From assembly GCA_033852075.1 (NCBI GenBank), contig JAWSVC010000012.1:25788-89787 (forward strand): 64,000 nt of DNA, given 5' to 3'. This DNA comes from Gammaproteobacteria bacterium. GTDB taxonomy: Bacteria > Pseudomonadota > Gammaproteobacteria > QZLD01. Position 1 is the stretch's first letter. Each line of letters begins with the position of its first letter. Below are positions 11,660 through 21,534 of the stretch, piece after piece. A program made the translations under genes and the position numbers. Under the pieces are notes generated by a model, which saw only the letters and a program-made list of their open reading frames with translations, searched no databases and was not told the DNA's origin.

Positions 11660-12691
11660 ATGATGGTTTATAGTGATTTAAACAATAATCAGATCCGAAA
11701 TTCAATTAACCTTCAGCAGACTTATAATGCTTATCTTGATGCTAGATCATATCTTGATCATTATAAAGGGGGAATGAGTTGGAAATCTGTTAATGGTAAG
11801 GAATACCTTGTAAAGATTCTTAACCGTAACGGTTCAACAAAAAGCATGGGGCCTCGCTCTTCAGATACTGAAACAAAATACAATAATTTTCATACTGGGA
11901 AAGAAGAGGCAAAAAATAGACTTAATTCGCTTAAAGAACAATTGAAAGAGCAGATGGCAATTGCTAAGGCTTTAAAAATTGGCGTGGTTCCTAATGCAAC
12001 AATCAAAATTTTGTCCAGACTTAATGAAGCTGGTGTATTGGGGAAAAATCTTTTGGTAATTGGTACCAATGCTATTTATGCATATGAAGCGGTTGCCGGT
12101 GTTAGCTTTCAACCTGAAATTATGGAAACTACTGATATTGATTTTCTTTGGGATTCACGTACTAAATTACGAATATGTAGTAGCCAGAATAAAAGCACCA
12201 TTATGAGTATTATTCAGAAGGCAGATAAGAGTTTTAAAAAGACTCATATGTCTTTTAGGGCAGTTAATAAGGATGGTTTCCTGGTTGATATTGTTAGAGT
12301 AAATGAAGACTTATTATCTGAACCTCCTAGTCTTGGTGATTCTAAAGATGAATTTGAACCGGTTCCAATTCCAAATTTAGAGTGGTTGTTATCATCTCCT
12401 AAGTTTGAGGCAACTGTAATTGGTGTAGATGGCACTCCTGCAAAAATTGTTGCGCCAGACCCTAGGGCATTTGCTTTGCATAAATTATGGTTAAGTGAGC
12501 AGCCAGATCGAGACCCTGCAAAAAAGAATCGAGATAGAGGTCAGGCTTTGGCAGTTATTCAGCTAGTACAAGATAAGTTTCCATTTCTAAAAATGGATGA
12601 AAATTTCAAAAAAATCTTTCCGAAGGCGGTATTTAAAATGGAGAAGGTTAATAGTGCTCTTGATGATTGGGATGATGACTTTGATCTTTGA
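11660..12691 (+). CDS. GSU2403-family nucleotidyltransferase-fold protein (NTP_transf_8-like)
   Basis: VIGTNAIYAY, TTDIDF (G..DxD NTase motif), APDPRAFALHKLWLS..DRDPAKKNRD. Confidence 0.8.
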   Translation: MMVYSDLNNNQIRNSINLQQTYNAYLDARSYLDHYKGGMSWKSVNGKEYLVKILNRNGSTKSMGPRSSDTETKYNNFHTGKEEAKNRLNSLKEQLKEQMAIAKALKIGVVPNATIKILSRLNEAGVLGKNLLVIGTNAIYAYEAVAGVSFQPEIMETTDIDFLWDSRTKLRICSSQNKSTIMSIIQKADKSFKKTHMSFRAVNKDGFLVDIVRVNEDLLSEPPSLGDSKDEFEPVPIPNLEWLLSSPKFEATVIGVDGTPAKIVAPDPRAFALHKLWLSEQPDRDPAKKNRDRGQALAVIQLVQDKFPFLKMDENFKKIFPKAVFKMEKVNSALDDWDDDFDL

Positions 12692-12844
12692 ATTTGCTTT
12701 ATCTAATAAATGCAAAATTAACCTCGAATAAATGTGATCGGAGTAAAATTAAGCGTTATATATTGTTGATATGAATGGTGGTTTTTGTGGTTGGCTTATT
12801 TGTTACTCCGACACCATTAACCATCGAATAAAACAAATACAAAC

Positions 12845-12873
12845 TAAGTTTCCATGTCTTACATGGAAACTTA
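12845..12873. terminator. Perfect 13-bp hairpin between convergent genes
   Basis: TAAGTTTCCATGT-CTT-ACATGGAAACTTA. Confidence 0.6.
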
Positions 12874-12911
12874 ATCTATTTATATTTGTAATTTTACTTA
12901 CAGATTTTCTT

Positions 12912-13136
12912 CTATGCCAAAGCCTGAGCCATTGCAGAAACATCTTCTGCTAATAGTCCCTTTGGTCCCTGAGTGATTGAAAATTCAACAGCCTGACCAT
13001 CTTTTAAAGATCTGTGACCTTCTCCTCGGATGGCTTTATAGTGAACAAATATATCGTCGTGTCCTTCCTTAACAATAAACCCATATCCCTTAGCGTTATC
13101 AAACCATTTAACAGTTCCAGATACACGTTCAGTCAT
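12912..13136 (-). CDS. Cold-shock domain protein (74 aa)
   Basis: GTVKWFDNAKGYGFI (RNP1), DIFVHY (RNP2). Start moved to ATG 13136, which follows AGAGGT. Confidence 0.95.
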   Translation of the reverse strand: MTERVSGTVKWFDNAKGYGFIVKEGHDDIFVHYKAIRGEGHRSLKDGQAVEFSITQGPKGLLAEDVSAMAQALA

Positions 13137-13582
13137 AATCGCACCTCTAAAATACTTATAATTTACTAGACCATAAAATAGAAAGGAAAATTTATAGAGA
13201 ATACCGAACCAAACCCCAAAACTCCGGTTAATAAGCAAAATCCATAATTGTGTATGTGATGATGCAAACTAATTTGCTTGTAATTCCCTTTTGTCCAAAA
13301 TCCTTACTATTTCATTAGGATACAACTAAATGCCGCTAACAACAAATAGATATTTGCTAATATTGTTTTTAAGTGTTTATATTGTTTGTAACTGATTTGC
13401 GTAACTATTTGATTATAAAAGCTAAGATCTGTTTGAAGTGCTTGTTAATAAAAACGTGTAATTTGAGATTTTATTTAAAATAATCGCACCAAAATGCATC
13501 AATGGATTAAAATTTATTTTGTAAATAATCATAACCCTAGTTTATAAATGAATAATACCTAGTCACTAGGTTTATGATTTAT

Positions 13583-13615
13583 AAAAAAAAGGCCTGCAAT
13601 ATTATATTGCAGGCC
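13583..13615 (-). terminator. Rho-independent terminator of metY
   Basis: GGCCTGCAATA-TTA-TATTGCAGGCC followed by a T-run on the minus strand. Confidence 0.85.
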
Positions 13616-13639
13616 GTATTAATAAAGATGTTAGATTAA

Positions 13640-14914
13640 TTAGATGCAGTGTGATAATGCCTGCTCAATATCTGCAAGTATGTCGTCAATATGTTCAATA
13701 CCGACCGATATTCGAACTAGATCCTTGCTAACACCTGCTGATTCCAGCTCTATATCATTAAGTTGTCGGTGTGTTGTTGATGCAGGGTGTACAGCTAATG
13801 ATTTAGCATCGCCGATGTTAACCAGGCGAGTAATCAGTTGTAGCGCGTCAATGAATCTGGCGCCATTTTCTACACCACCTATGATTCCAAAACTTAATAA
13901 ACCACTTGCCTTGCCGCTAGTTATTCTGTTAATCAACAGGTTGTCTTTATGTGATTCTAGACCAGCATAACTAACCCATGAAACCTTGGGGTGGTTTTCA
14001 AGAAATTCAGCTACTTTTTGGGCGTTTTCGCAGTGCCTTTCCATTCTTAACGGTAGAGTTTCAATTCCTTGTAAGAATAGAAATGCATTAAATGGGGATA
14101 GGGCAGATCCGGTATTTCTTAATGGCACTGTTCTGCAACGTCCAATAAATGCAGCTGCTCCAAATTGTTCGGTATAAGTAACATCGTGATATGAAGGGTC
14201 TGGTGTATTAAGATTTGGAAAGCGATCTTTATGTTCCGTCCAGGGGAATTTACCAGAATCGACGATCATTCCCCCAATTGAAGTTCCGTGTCCACCAATA
14301 TATTTGGTAAGAGAGTGAATAATAATATCTGCTCCCAGATCAAATGGACGGCAAAGAACTGGAGTGGCAACAGTATTATCAACTATAACCGGAACCCCTT
14401 TTTCGTGGGCTGCTTTTGCAAGTTTTTCAATGTCAGTAATGTTACCTGCAGGGTTACCAATTGATTCGCAATAAATGGCCTTTGTTTTATCATCAATTTT
14501 AGCAATCATTGCATCGATATCATCATGAGATGCAAATCTAACCTCAATGCCTCGTTTGGGAAATGTGTGTGCAAACAGGTTATAGGTTCCACCATAAAGC
14601 TTGCTGGAACTGATAATGTTATCACCAGACTCTGTAATAGTTTCTATTGCATAGGTGATAGCAGACATGCCTGAAGCAACGGCAAGCGCTCCAACACCAC
14701 CTTCCATATCAGCTACTCTTTCTTCAAGAACAGCATTTGTTGGATTCATAATTCTGGTATAGATATTACCGGCTACGTCAAGGTTGAAAAGATCAGCTCC
14801 ATGTTGGGTGTTATCAAATGCATAAGAAGCTGTTTGGTAAATTGGAACTGCTACAGCTTTTGTGGTCTCTTCGACAGTATATCCAGAGTGGATCGATTTG
14901 GTTTCAATTTTCAT
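13640..14914 (-). CDS. metY: O-acetylhomoserine/O-acetylserine sulfhydrylase (aminocarboxypropyltransferase)
   Basis: GNIYTRIMNPT, DNTVATP, HSLTKYIGGHG (PLP Lys), NIGDAKSL..HPASTTHRQL. Confidence 0.93.
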   Translation of the reverse strand: MKIETKSIHSGYTVEETTKAVAVPIYQTASYAFDNTQHGADLFNLDVAGNIYTRIMNPTNAVLEERVADMEGGVGALAVASGMSAITYAIETITESGDNIISSSKLYGGTYNLFAHTFPKRGIEVRFASHDDIDAMIAKIDDKTKAIYCESIGNPAGNITDIEKLAKAAHEKGVPVIVDNTVATPVLCRPFDLGADIIIHSLTKYIGGHGTSIGGMIVDSGKFPWTEHKDRFPNLNTPDPSYHDVTYTEQFGAAAFIGRCRTVPLRNTGSALSPFNAFLFLQGIETLPLRMERHCENAQKVAEFLENHPKVSWVSYAGLESHKDNLLINRITSGKASGLLSFGIIGGVENGARFIDALQLITRLVNIGDAKSLAVHPASTTHRQLNDIELESAGVSKDLVRISVGIEHIDDILADIEQALSHCI

Positions 14915-15264
14915 CCAAGTATTCCTGTTAGTTAGTAGAATAAGTCGATAATCTTTAATTGATGTTATCAGTAGATTTATTTCAATGCCATATTAAGCTG
15001 ATAATGCAAGATTAAATTTGAATATCTATCATTGTAGATACGTTATTATAAGTATAGCTTAAATGCGTGTTGTGTTTTTAATTGTCTGAATTTAAAGGGG
15101 AAAAGCAAATTTAATATTTGTGATGCCTGTGTTCAAAAAAATATAATGACAACTTTCGTTGCCCTAGTTTTTTGCTCAACTATTTTTTTGATATCGGTAA
15201 TGTTTTAACCATCATGGTTGATTAAAATAATATGGTGTTATTAGTATGTTTACAGGGTTATATA

Positions 15265-16425
15265 TTAACCTTTAGCAACTCCATCTCTTTTATCTTTATT
15301 TAGCATTATCGCATTAAAGTGCTCTACCCAATTTTCTGCAAATTGAGTGCCTGAGCAAGCATTGATTTCTGAAATGCCACGGATAAATGAGCGTTTATGT
15401 TCCCGATCTGACCTATTGTTGGTCATAGAATAAAAAGCATCAACAATAGCCATGATTTTGGCTCCATCTGAAATGGAGGTGCTTTTAAGTCCTTCGGGAT
15501 ATCCCTTGCCATCAGGTCGTTCGTGATGTTGCTGGATAATTGTTCCTATGTCGCTCCAGTTCAATAAACGTTTAGTAATGGCTGCTCCCTGAGAAGTATG
15601 TTTATTAATCAGATTAACCTCATCTTTTGATAGTTTTCCTTTTTTAAACATTATGTGATTTGGAATAAATGCCATTCCTATATCATGTAAGCATACAGCT
15701 GCTGTAAGTTTACTAGGATCAATCGGCGAACCAGCAGATTCATTAATCTTTAATGCAAGATTAATTAGTTGCTCTGTTCTGTCCTGCCAGGATGGATTTT
15801 TTTTCTCAATTTTTGTAGCAAGCATACGGAAAAATTTAAGATCATCACTCATAACCTTAGAGAGCTTATCCTCATCAGGTTGGTATTTTCCCATTTTTTC
15901 AGATTGTTCTTCTTCTGGTTGATTTGGTTCTTCTGGCTCTGGTATTGGATTAAATCTGCCGGTAATTAGTTGAATTAGAGCTTGAGCATGCTCCATATAG
16001 GCTTCGCCCTTGGATCTTGCTATTTCGGTAAGTAATTTTTGGATATCCTCGCGTTGAAATGCTCCAATTGAAGTTTGATCTATAACAGCAAACATCACTT
16101 CTTTAAGACGATCCAAGGAAATTAAGATGACATCACATAATGTATCGCCGTAAACGATTTTTTGGGTCTTGATGGAGTAAATTACGTCTTCAATGGCTTG
16201 GCTGAGAGAAACAATTGGGTCTAATTCGCAAACAGTGGCATTGGATTTAATTGAGTGGATCGACCTGAAACAGCTATCTATTAGGAATAATTCATCTGGC
16301 TGTTTTATCAGGCTGGAAAGATTGTTTTCAATGGTTTCATAGTTTTCTGAAAAATTATCGATTAAATCTTGAATCAATTCTTCTTCAACATTATGAATAT
16401 AGATATCGTCAGACATATCGCTCAC
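15265..16425 (-). CDS. Hpt (CheA-P1-like) + HD-GYP phosphodiesterase
   Basis: FRSIHSIKSNA Hpt motif; LHDIG and HHERPDGKGYP. Confidence 0.85.
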   Translation of the reverse strand: MSDMSDDIYIHNVEEELIQDLIDNFSENYETIENNLSSLIKQPDELFLIDSCFRSIHSIKSNATVCELDPIVSLSQAIEDVIYSIKTQKIVYGDTLCDVILISLDRLKEVMFAVIDQTSIGAFQREDIQKLLTEIARSKGEAYMEHAQALIQLITGRFNPIPEPEEPNQPEEEQSEKMGKYQPDEDKLSKVMSDDLKFFRMLATKIEKKNPSWQDRTEQLINLALKINESAGSPIDPSKLTAAVCLHDIGMAFIPNHIMFKKGKLSKDEVNLINKHTSQGAAITKRLLNWSDIGTIIQQHHERPDGKGYPEGLKSTSISDGAKIMAIVDAFYSMTNNRSDREHKRSFIRGISEINACSGTQFAENWVEHFNAIMLNKDKRDGVAKG

Positions 16426-16522
16426 AATTTATAATTAACACACACTATAAAATATAGTAGTATTTTTACGCTAATTCTGCTGTATTCATCAAAAAAATTG
16501 TGAGATATATAGCATTAATCGA

Positions 16523-17383
16523 TTATATATTCGTTTTGGATATTATGCTTTCCAGCCATTGAATTGCTTCATTAATTGTTTGGACCCTTGTTCTGGAGTC
16601 AGGGCGTAACATCTGTGCAATTAACTGCGAAAGGTTGGTTCCGATAATGGGTGAAAGAAATTGGTCGGGAAGAGGTGAGATGTTAGCAGCATAAGAAATC
16701 TTTGAGTTATGGTTTGTGCCGGAATTCCATTTTTTCCCTGTTACTAGCTCATAAAATAAGATGCCGACTTGAAATATATCGCTTTGTTCGGTCCATCTGA
16801 GCCCTTTCGCTTGTTCTGGACTTAAATAATCTACATTGCATAGGGTAACATCCTGTTTTGTTATGTCATTTTTGAAAGTAGCTGCTGCAAAATTGACAAG
16901 GTAGACGTGACCTTTTTTACCTACGATAACATTGGCTGGATTGATATTTCCATGAATTACGGGTTCATCTCTTTCATGCAGCATTTTTAATGCTGCCAAT
17001 ACTTGTGAAATAATGCCAATAGCAAAGCGAGGATTATTATGAACCTGTTCTGGTTTTTCATCTCCTAGAGTTTTAAGCGATAGCCCTCTGACATAATTAT
17101 AAGCAATATAGTGAGTATTATTGACTCTGCCATGTTCTGTATATTTTGGAAATTGTTTGCCATTAAGAGTATTAAGAATCTTTCCTTCTAGCTGAAATTG
17201 TGAGACTGCGCTTTCATTTGAGGATAGTTTTTCATCCAGGAATTTTATGTAAAGTGGCGCTCTATCTTTTTTTTCAGCAACGCCAATAGCAGTTTTGTGA
17301 TAACAGCTTTTTTTTAAAGGTCTAAGGAAATAGTTACCTGTTCTAAAGGGGAATGGGGCTATGCTTCCTTGATTAATATCCAT
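16523..17383 (-). CDS. Ser/Thr protein kinase-fold protein with degenerate catalytic motifs (pseudokinase)
   Basis: YIK, FQLE, YLSPEQ, SDIFQVG retained; HGNINPAN replaces HRDxKPxN and NFA replaces DFG. Start probably 17383 (ORF track gives 17452). Confidence 0.8.
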   Translation of the reverse strand: MDINQGSIAPFPFRTGNYFLRPLKKSCYHKTAIGVAEKKDRAPLYIKFLDEKLSSNESAVSQFQLEGKILNTLNGKQFPKYTEHGRVNNTHYIAYNYVRGLSLKTLGDEKPEQVHNNPRFAIGIISQVLAALKMLHERDEPVIHGNINPANVIVGKKGHVYLVNFAAATFKNDITKQDVTLCNVDYLSPEQAKGLRWTEQSDIFQVGILFYELVTGKKWNSGTNHNSKISYAANISPLPDQFLSPIIGTNLSQLIAQMLRPDSRTRVQTINEAIQWLESIISKTNI

Positions 17384-17953
17384 ATATCTACCTATCCTAG
17401 CTTCTTTAGTTATTGTTATATGCAACGAGATTTGTTTATCTATATAGTCCATTTATTTATCGTTCAGTTAAATTGGTAGAATGACGATATTAACAAATGT
17501 CTATTGTAAATTAATTTGGTATTCGTTGCTCTTTTTTATCTTATTTTTATATCCTAGCTGTTATTAGCAATCTTTAGTTATGTATTTTTACTTTATGTTT
17601 GTGTTGTTTATTGTTTTGTCGTGTTTTGGCAAACCCTTTAAAGATTTAACCTGTAGATGTATTTATAACACCATATTTTTACGGACTAGGCAAGTGTTAT
17701 TAAACATAAATATCATTTTGATAAATAAAGATATTCTTTTGAATTATTGGGCGTGTAATAATATCGATATTTCTGTAAAGCAGTTCACAAAAATGATAAA
17801 AAAATCAAAAAAATCCTCCTGCTTTTAATGGAGTAAAATAATAAAATTTGTCGAAATAAGTAGTGTATTTTGTTAATTTAGCAGCACTAAAGATAACAAA
17901 TCTATATCCAAATTTACTAAATCTACTTAACATATAACCTAGAGCCAGGAACT

Positions 17954-18793
17954 ATGATTACAGATTCGCTTATAAAGGACATAAAAGACACAGTACAAAT
18001 AGCTTTGAAAGAGGATGTTGGAACTGGTGATTTAACGGCAAGTCTTGTGCCTAAAAATATTGCAAAAGCTACAGTGATTTCTCGGGAAAATGCAGTTATT
18101 TCTGGTAGTGAATGGTTTAATGAAGTTTTTCGTCAATTAGATAGTAATATTGAGATCGATTGGTGTGTTAAAGATGGCGATATGGTAAGCGCTAATACCA
18201 AATTGTGTGAATTAAGAGGTGATGCGCAGGTTTTGCTAACAGGCGAAAGAACAGCCCTGAATTTTTTACAATCATTATCTGGTGTTTCAACTATTACTGC
18301 TCATTATGTGGCACTGCTTTCTGGTACCAAGACGAATATTCTCGATACCAGAAAAACTATCCCAGGATTGAGAACTGCTCAAAAATATGCAGTAAAGTGC
18401 GGAGGCGGGATGAACCATCGTATGGGGTTGTATGATGCTATCTTGATCAAAGAAAATCATATAATGGCTGCAGGTTCAATTGGCAATGCTGTTGCAAATG
18501 CCAGGGAATTATATCCGGAAGTTCCTATTGAGGTTGAGGTTGAAAGTCTTGATGAGCTTAAACAGGTGTTGGAAACAGCTGCAAACTCGGTTCTTTTAGA
18601 TAATTTTTCTCTTCAGGATCTTCGTACTGCTGTTGAATGGTGTCGTGGAAAGCTTAAAACTGAGGCATCAGGAGGTATAGAAGAGGATACAATCAGGCAA
18701 ATAGCTGAGTGTGGCGTTGATTATATTTCGGTTGGCGCTCTTACAAAAAATGTAAAAGCTCTGGATTTATCAATGCGATTTGAGATCGAATAA
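17954..18793 (+). CDS. nadC: Nicotinate-nucleotide diphosphorylase (carboxylating)
   Basis: GERTALNFLQ, LDTRKTIPGLR, HRMGLYD, IKENH, EVEVE, LLDN, EASGG. Confidence 0.98.
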   Translation: MITDSLIKDIKDTVQIALKEDVGTGDLTASLVPKNIAKATVISRENAVISGSEWFNEVFRQLDSNIEIDWCVKDGDMVSANTKLCELRGDAQVLLTGERTALNFLQSLSGVSTITAHYVALLSGTKTNILDTRKTIPGLRTAQKYAVKCGGGMNHRMGLYDAILIKENHIMAAGSIGNAVANARELYPEVPIEVEVESLDELKQVLETAANSVLLDNFSLQDLRTAVEWCRGKLKTEASGGIEEDTIRQIAECGVDYISVGALTKNVKALDLSMRFEIE

Positions 18794-18983
18794 CCTCGTA
18801 ATTTGGTGAGAAAGTTCACTCTTTGACTGATAACTGCTTTCTTAGATTTAAAATCTTAATTTACTAGACTAAAATTATTGCATTAGTATTTAATTTTCGG
18901 ATGGTAACCTTTAGTGTTATAAAAAATATCCGATATTTATATATGTATTTAAAACATTAATATTAAGGTTAAATTAAAACTAT

Positions 18984-19982
18984 ATGGTAGTCGTCGGTTC
19001 TAGAAGAAGAAGAAAAAGGTCTGAAGAGGATGTTCAAGATACTGACTTGCAAAAACTCATTAATCTAAAAGATGAGTATGATGAAATAAAAGATGACTTT
19101 CTGAATGATGATTCAACTGAATATTCAGAGCAGATTCTTGATATTTCAGGCAGATTGCAGGATATGTGTGAGCAGAATGCAGATCTTTTGCTGGCTTATT
19201 TTCAGCTTAACCGTGAAGATGATTATGAGGTTATTCAGCCTTTATATACCGGTGTTATATGTGAGGTAATTAGTAGCAAAAAAATTGATGATAAAAATGA
19301 GCGTAAAATGGTTATTGCAGCAGCTCTTACTCATGATATTGGGATGCATACTTTAAAGGATATCGTATCTAATAGAGCTGTACCATTAACTCCTGATCAA
19401 TTAGCTGATCTTAAGCTTCATCCGTTACGTGCGACAAAATATCTTCGTAAAGCCGGTGTAAAGGATGAAATTTGGATAAAATCAGTTCAGCAACACCATG
19501 AAAGACTTGATGGTTCAGGTTATCCTCATGGTCTTAGAGATCAAGATATTACCCTAGGTGCTAAAATTATTGCTATTGCAGATATTTTTATTGCTATGAC
19601 AAAACCTCATGCAAATAGAGAGGGAGCAATTGCTAAACAAGCTCTTACTGAGCTTTTCACCAGTCGTGGTGAAAAGGTTGATAATGAACTAACCCAGATG
19701 TTTATTCGTGATATGGGGTTGTTTCCTCCAGGCTCAGTAGTTAAATTAATGAATGGGGATGTAGCCCTTGTAACTCATCGAGGTAAAACAGCAACGCAAC
19801 CTATAGTACAAAGTATTATAGGTCCGCGTGGAGCACCTTTCGAAAAACCTATTCCTCGTAATACTAGCCATAATGCCTTTAGTGTTAAGGATCTTGAGTC
19901 TGATGAAGACTATAGAAAGATAGCGTTTGATTTGGCAGTAACCCTTTGGAAGAATGAAAGAATACACTTTTCTAGTACTTGA
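18984..19982 (+). CDS. HD-GYP domain phosphodiesterase
   Basis: THDIG, HHERLDGSGYP, C-terminal GLFPPGSVVKL. Confidence 0.88.
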   Translation: MVVVGSRRRRKRSEEDVQDTDLQKLINLKDEYDEIKDDFLNDDSTEYSEQILDISGRLQDMCEQNADLLLAYFQLNREDDYEVIQPLYTGVICEVISSKKIDDKNERKMVIAAALTHDIGMHTLKDIVSNRAVPLTPDQLADLKLHPLRATKYLRKAGVKDEIWIKSVQQHHERLDGSGYPHGLRDQDITLGAKIIAIADIFIAMTKPHANREGAIAKQALTELFTSRGEKVDNELTQMFIRDMGLFPPGSVVKLMNGDVALVTHRGKTATQPIVQSIIGPRGAPFEKPIPRNTSHNAFSVKDLESDEDYRKIAFDLAVTLWKNERIHFSST

Positions 19983-20095
19983 TTCCAATTCCTGATTCTA
20001 CTTGTTATTATCTATTTCCAAGCTGCATAATACTAACCGTTTAATAGTTAGTAGATGTTGTTGGGGAAATTATGGAAATTTAGGGGTAATCTAAT

Positions 20096-20671
20096 ATGAA
20101 AAGAATTTTAGGGTTTATACTGGCAATTGCTATTTCTCAGTCTGTTTTTGCTGATGAGATATCTGATGCTATTAGTGCTGCGCTTGAAAGTTATAACGCA
20201 GGGAATAACAGTGAGGCAATAGCTAAACTTGATTTCGCTAGTCAAAAATTAAGAGAGGTTAAAAGTCAATCTCTTACACAACTGTTGCCTGATCCTCTTA
20301 AAGGGTGGAAGATTGTTGATAATAGCAATGAGTCTTATGCTGCATCAGCGTATGGTGGTTTGGTAATGGCTGGTAAAGAATATTCAAAAGGCGATTCACA
20401 GGTTAACATTGTAGTTATTACTGATAGCCCAATTGTGCAATCTACAGCGATGATGTTTGCTAATCCTATGATGGTTAAGCTAAGTGGGGATAAGATAATT
20501 GATATTAATGGTGAAAAGGCAATTTTACACTTTATGGAAGGCGATGGAAAAATAAGTATCTTGTTAGAAGGCAAGATATTGATTTCAGTAGATGGAAGTC
20601 AAGTTAGTATTGATGACTTGAAAAAATATGCTGCAGGCGTAAATTTTGAAGAGTTATTAAAGCTACAGTAG
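20096..20671 (+). CDS. Exported hypothetical protein
   Basis: Signal peptide MKRILGFILAIAISQSVFA-D; RBS AGGGG; followed by a terminator. Confidence 0.75.
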   Translation: MKRILGFILAIAISQSVFADEISDAISAALESYNAGNNSEAIAKLDFASQKLREVKSQSLTQLLPDPLKGWKIVDNSNESYAASAYGGLVMAGKEYSKGDSQVNIVVITDSPIVQSTAMMFANPMMVKLSGDKIIDINGEKAILHFMEGDGKISILLEGKILISVDGSQVSIDDLKKYAAGVNFEELLKLQ

Positions 20672-20694
20672 CTTTTAATAAATATTTATTCGAC

Positions 20695-20722
20695 AAAAAA
20701 GGTGAGCATTGCTCACCTTTTT
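20695..20722. terminator. Bidirectional terminator
   Basis: AAAAAA-GGTGAGC-ATT-GCTCACC-TTTTT between convergent genes. Confidence 0.85.
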
Positions 20723-20744
20723 ATATATAGTATAAATTTAAGGG

Positions 20745-21116
20745 TTAAAACTGACCTGTATTTAAAAGAACTAGCGTGCAAGCTTCCTCATATGCTATTC
20801 CATTTTCTTTTAATGCTTTCTCAAGTTCAATATTCTCAGTTCCTGGATTAAAAATAACGCGATCAGGGCTTAGCGCAACAATTTCTTCAATTATAGGCGT
20901 TGATGCTTGAGATCCAACGTACATGGTTAATGTGTGTACATGTTCTTTGATTGAACTAAGATCAGGCAAAACTGGTGTTCCGTTAATTTCTTTGACTTTT
21001 GGACTAACAAGAATAACATCATGTCCATGGTCCTGGAGTAGTAATTGAGCCTTATGGGAATATCTTTCAGGTTTATTGCTTGCCCCAAGAATAACTACAG
21101 TTTGCTTATTGTCCAT
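20745..21116 (-). CDS. CoA-binding protein
   Basis: VVILGASNKPERYS, RVIFNPGTEN, EACTLVLL. Confidence 0.9.
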   Translation of the reverse strand: MDNKQTVVILGASNKPERYSHKAQLLLQDHGHDVILVSPKVKEINGTPVLPDLSSIKEHVHTLTMYVGSQASTPIIEEIVALSPDRVIFNPGTENIELEKALKENGIAYEEACTLVLLNTGQF

Positions 21117-21127
21117 ATTTATACCTA

Positions 21128-21394
21128 TTACTTTTTGCGTGAAGGATGTGTGGTAACAAAGTGCTTAAGAATCTTACGCAGTTCTTCTGCGTGTTCATTA
21201 TCACCAGTATCTTCAGCAGCCTTAATATCGTCAAGGATTATTTTTTTGATTTTTGGAATGCCATCTTTACTGTTTACTAGATATTCACCCATTTCCATAG
21301 CTGCAATTTCCGGAATATGCTCGTGCTCCGCAATTGCTTCAATTTCTTCTTCAGTTAGATCACAAACGCCCAAACAATCTTCATAAGTTAACAT
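21128..21394 (-). CDS. Conserved small hypothetical protein
   Basis: MLTYEDCLGVCDLTEEEIEAIAEHEHIPEIAA pattern; RBS AAGGGG; same strand as the CoA-binding gene. Confidence 0.75.
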   Translation of the reverse strand: MLTYEDCLGVCDLTEEEIEAIAEHEHIPEIAAMEMGEYLVNSKDGIPKIKKIILDDIKAAEDTGDNEHAEELRKILKHFVTTHPSRKK

Positions 21395-21534
21395 AAGGAA
21401 ACCCCCTTTATAAATTTCTATCTTTAAAAATAGGTCATCAAATCGATGTAAGCAATATTTAGAGGACCTATTTGTGATGAATATTACTAATTTTATTGGT
21501 GAGAAATATTGATTTTGATGTATTTGCTCATAAG

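Noticed and set aside
12771-12953. 60-aa plus-strand ORF
   Set aside because: Spans the terminator hairpin and overlaps the cold-shock gene end; no RBS or motif.
13321-13501. Possible sigma54/NtrC control of the cold-shock gene (CGCACCAAAATGCATCA near 13485)
   Set aside because: Only a half-match to NtrC, and no correctly spaced GG-N10-GC promoter.
14915-15264. SAM riboswitch or Met boxes upstream of metY; palindrome TATCTA-N6-TAGATA at 15023-15040
   Set aside because: No riboswitch consensus or tandem AGACGTCT boxes; the palindrome is short in very AT-rich DNA.
17580-17828. 82-aa ORF in the kinase/nadC spacer
   Set aside because: AT-rich promoter region, biased composition, no RBS.
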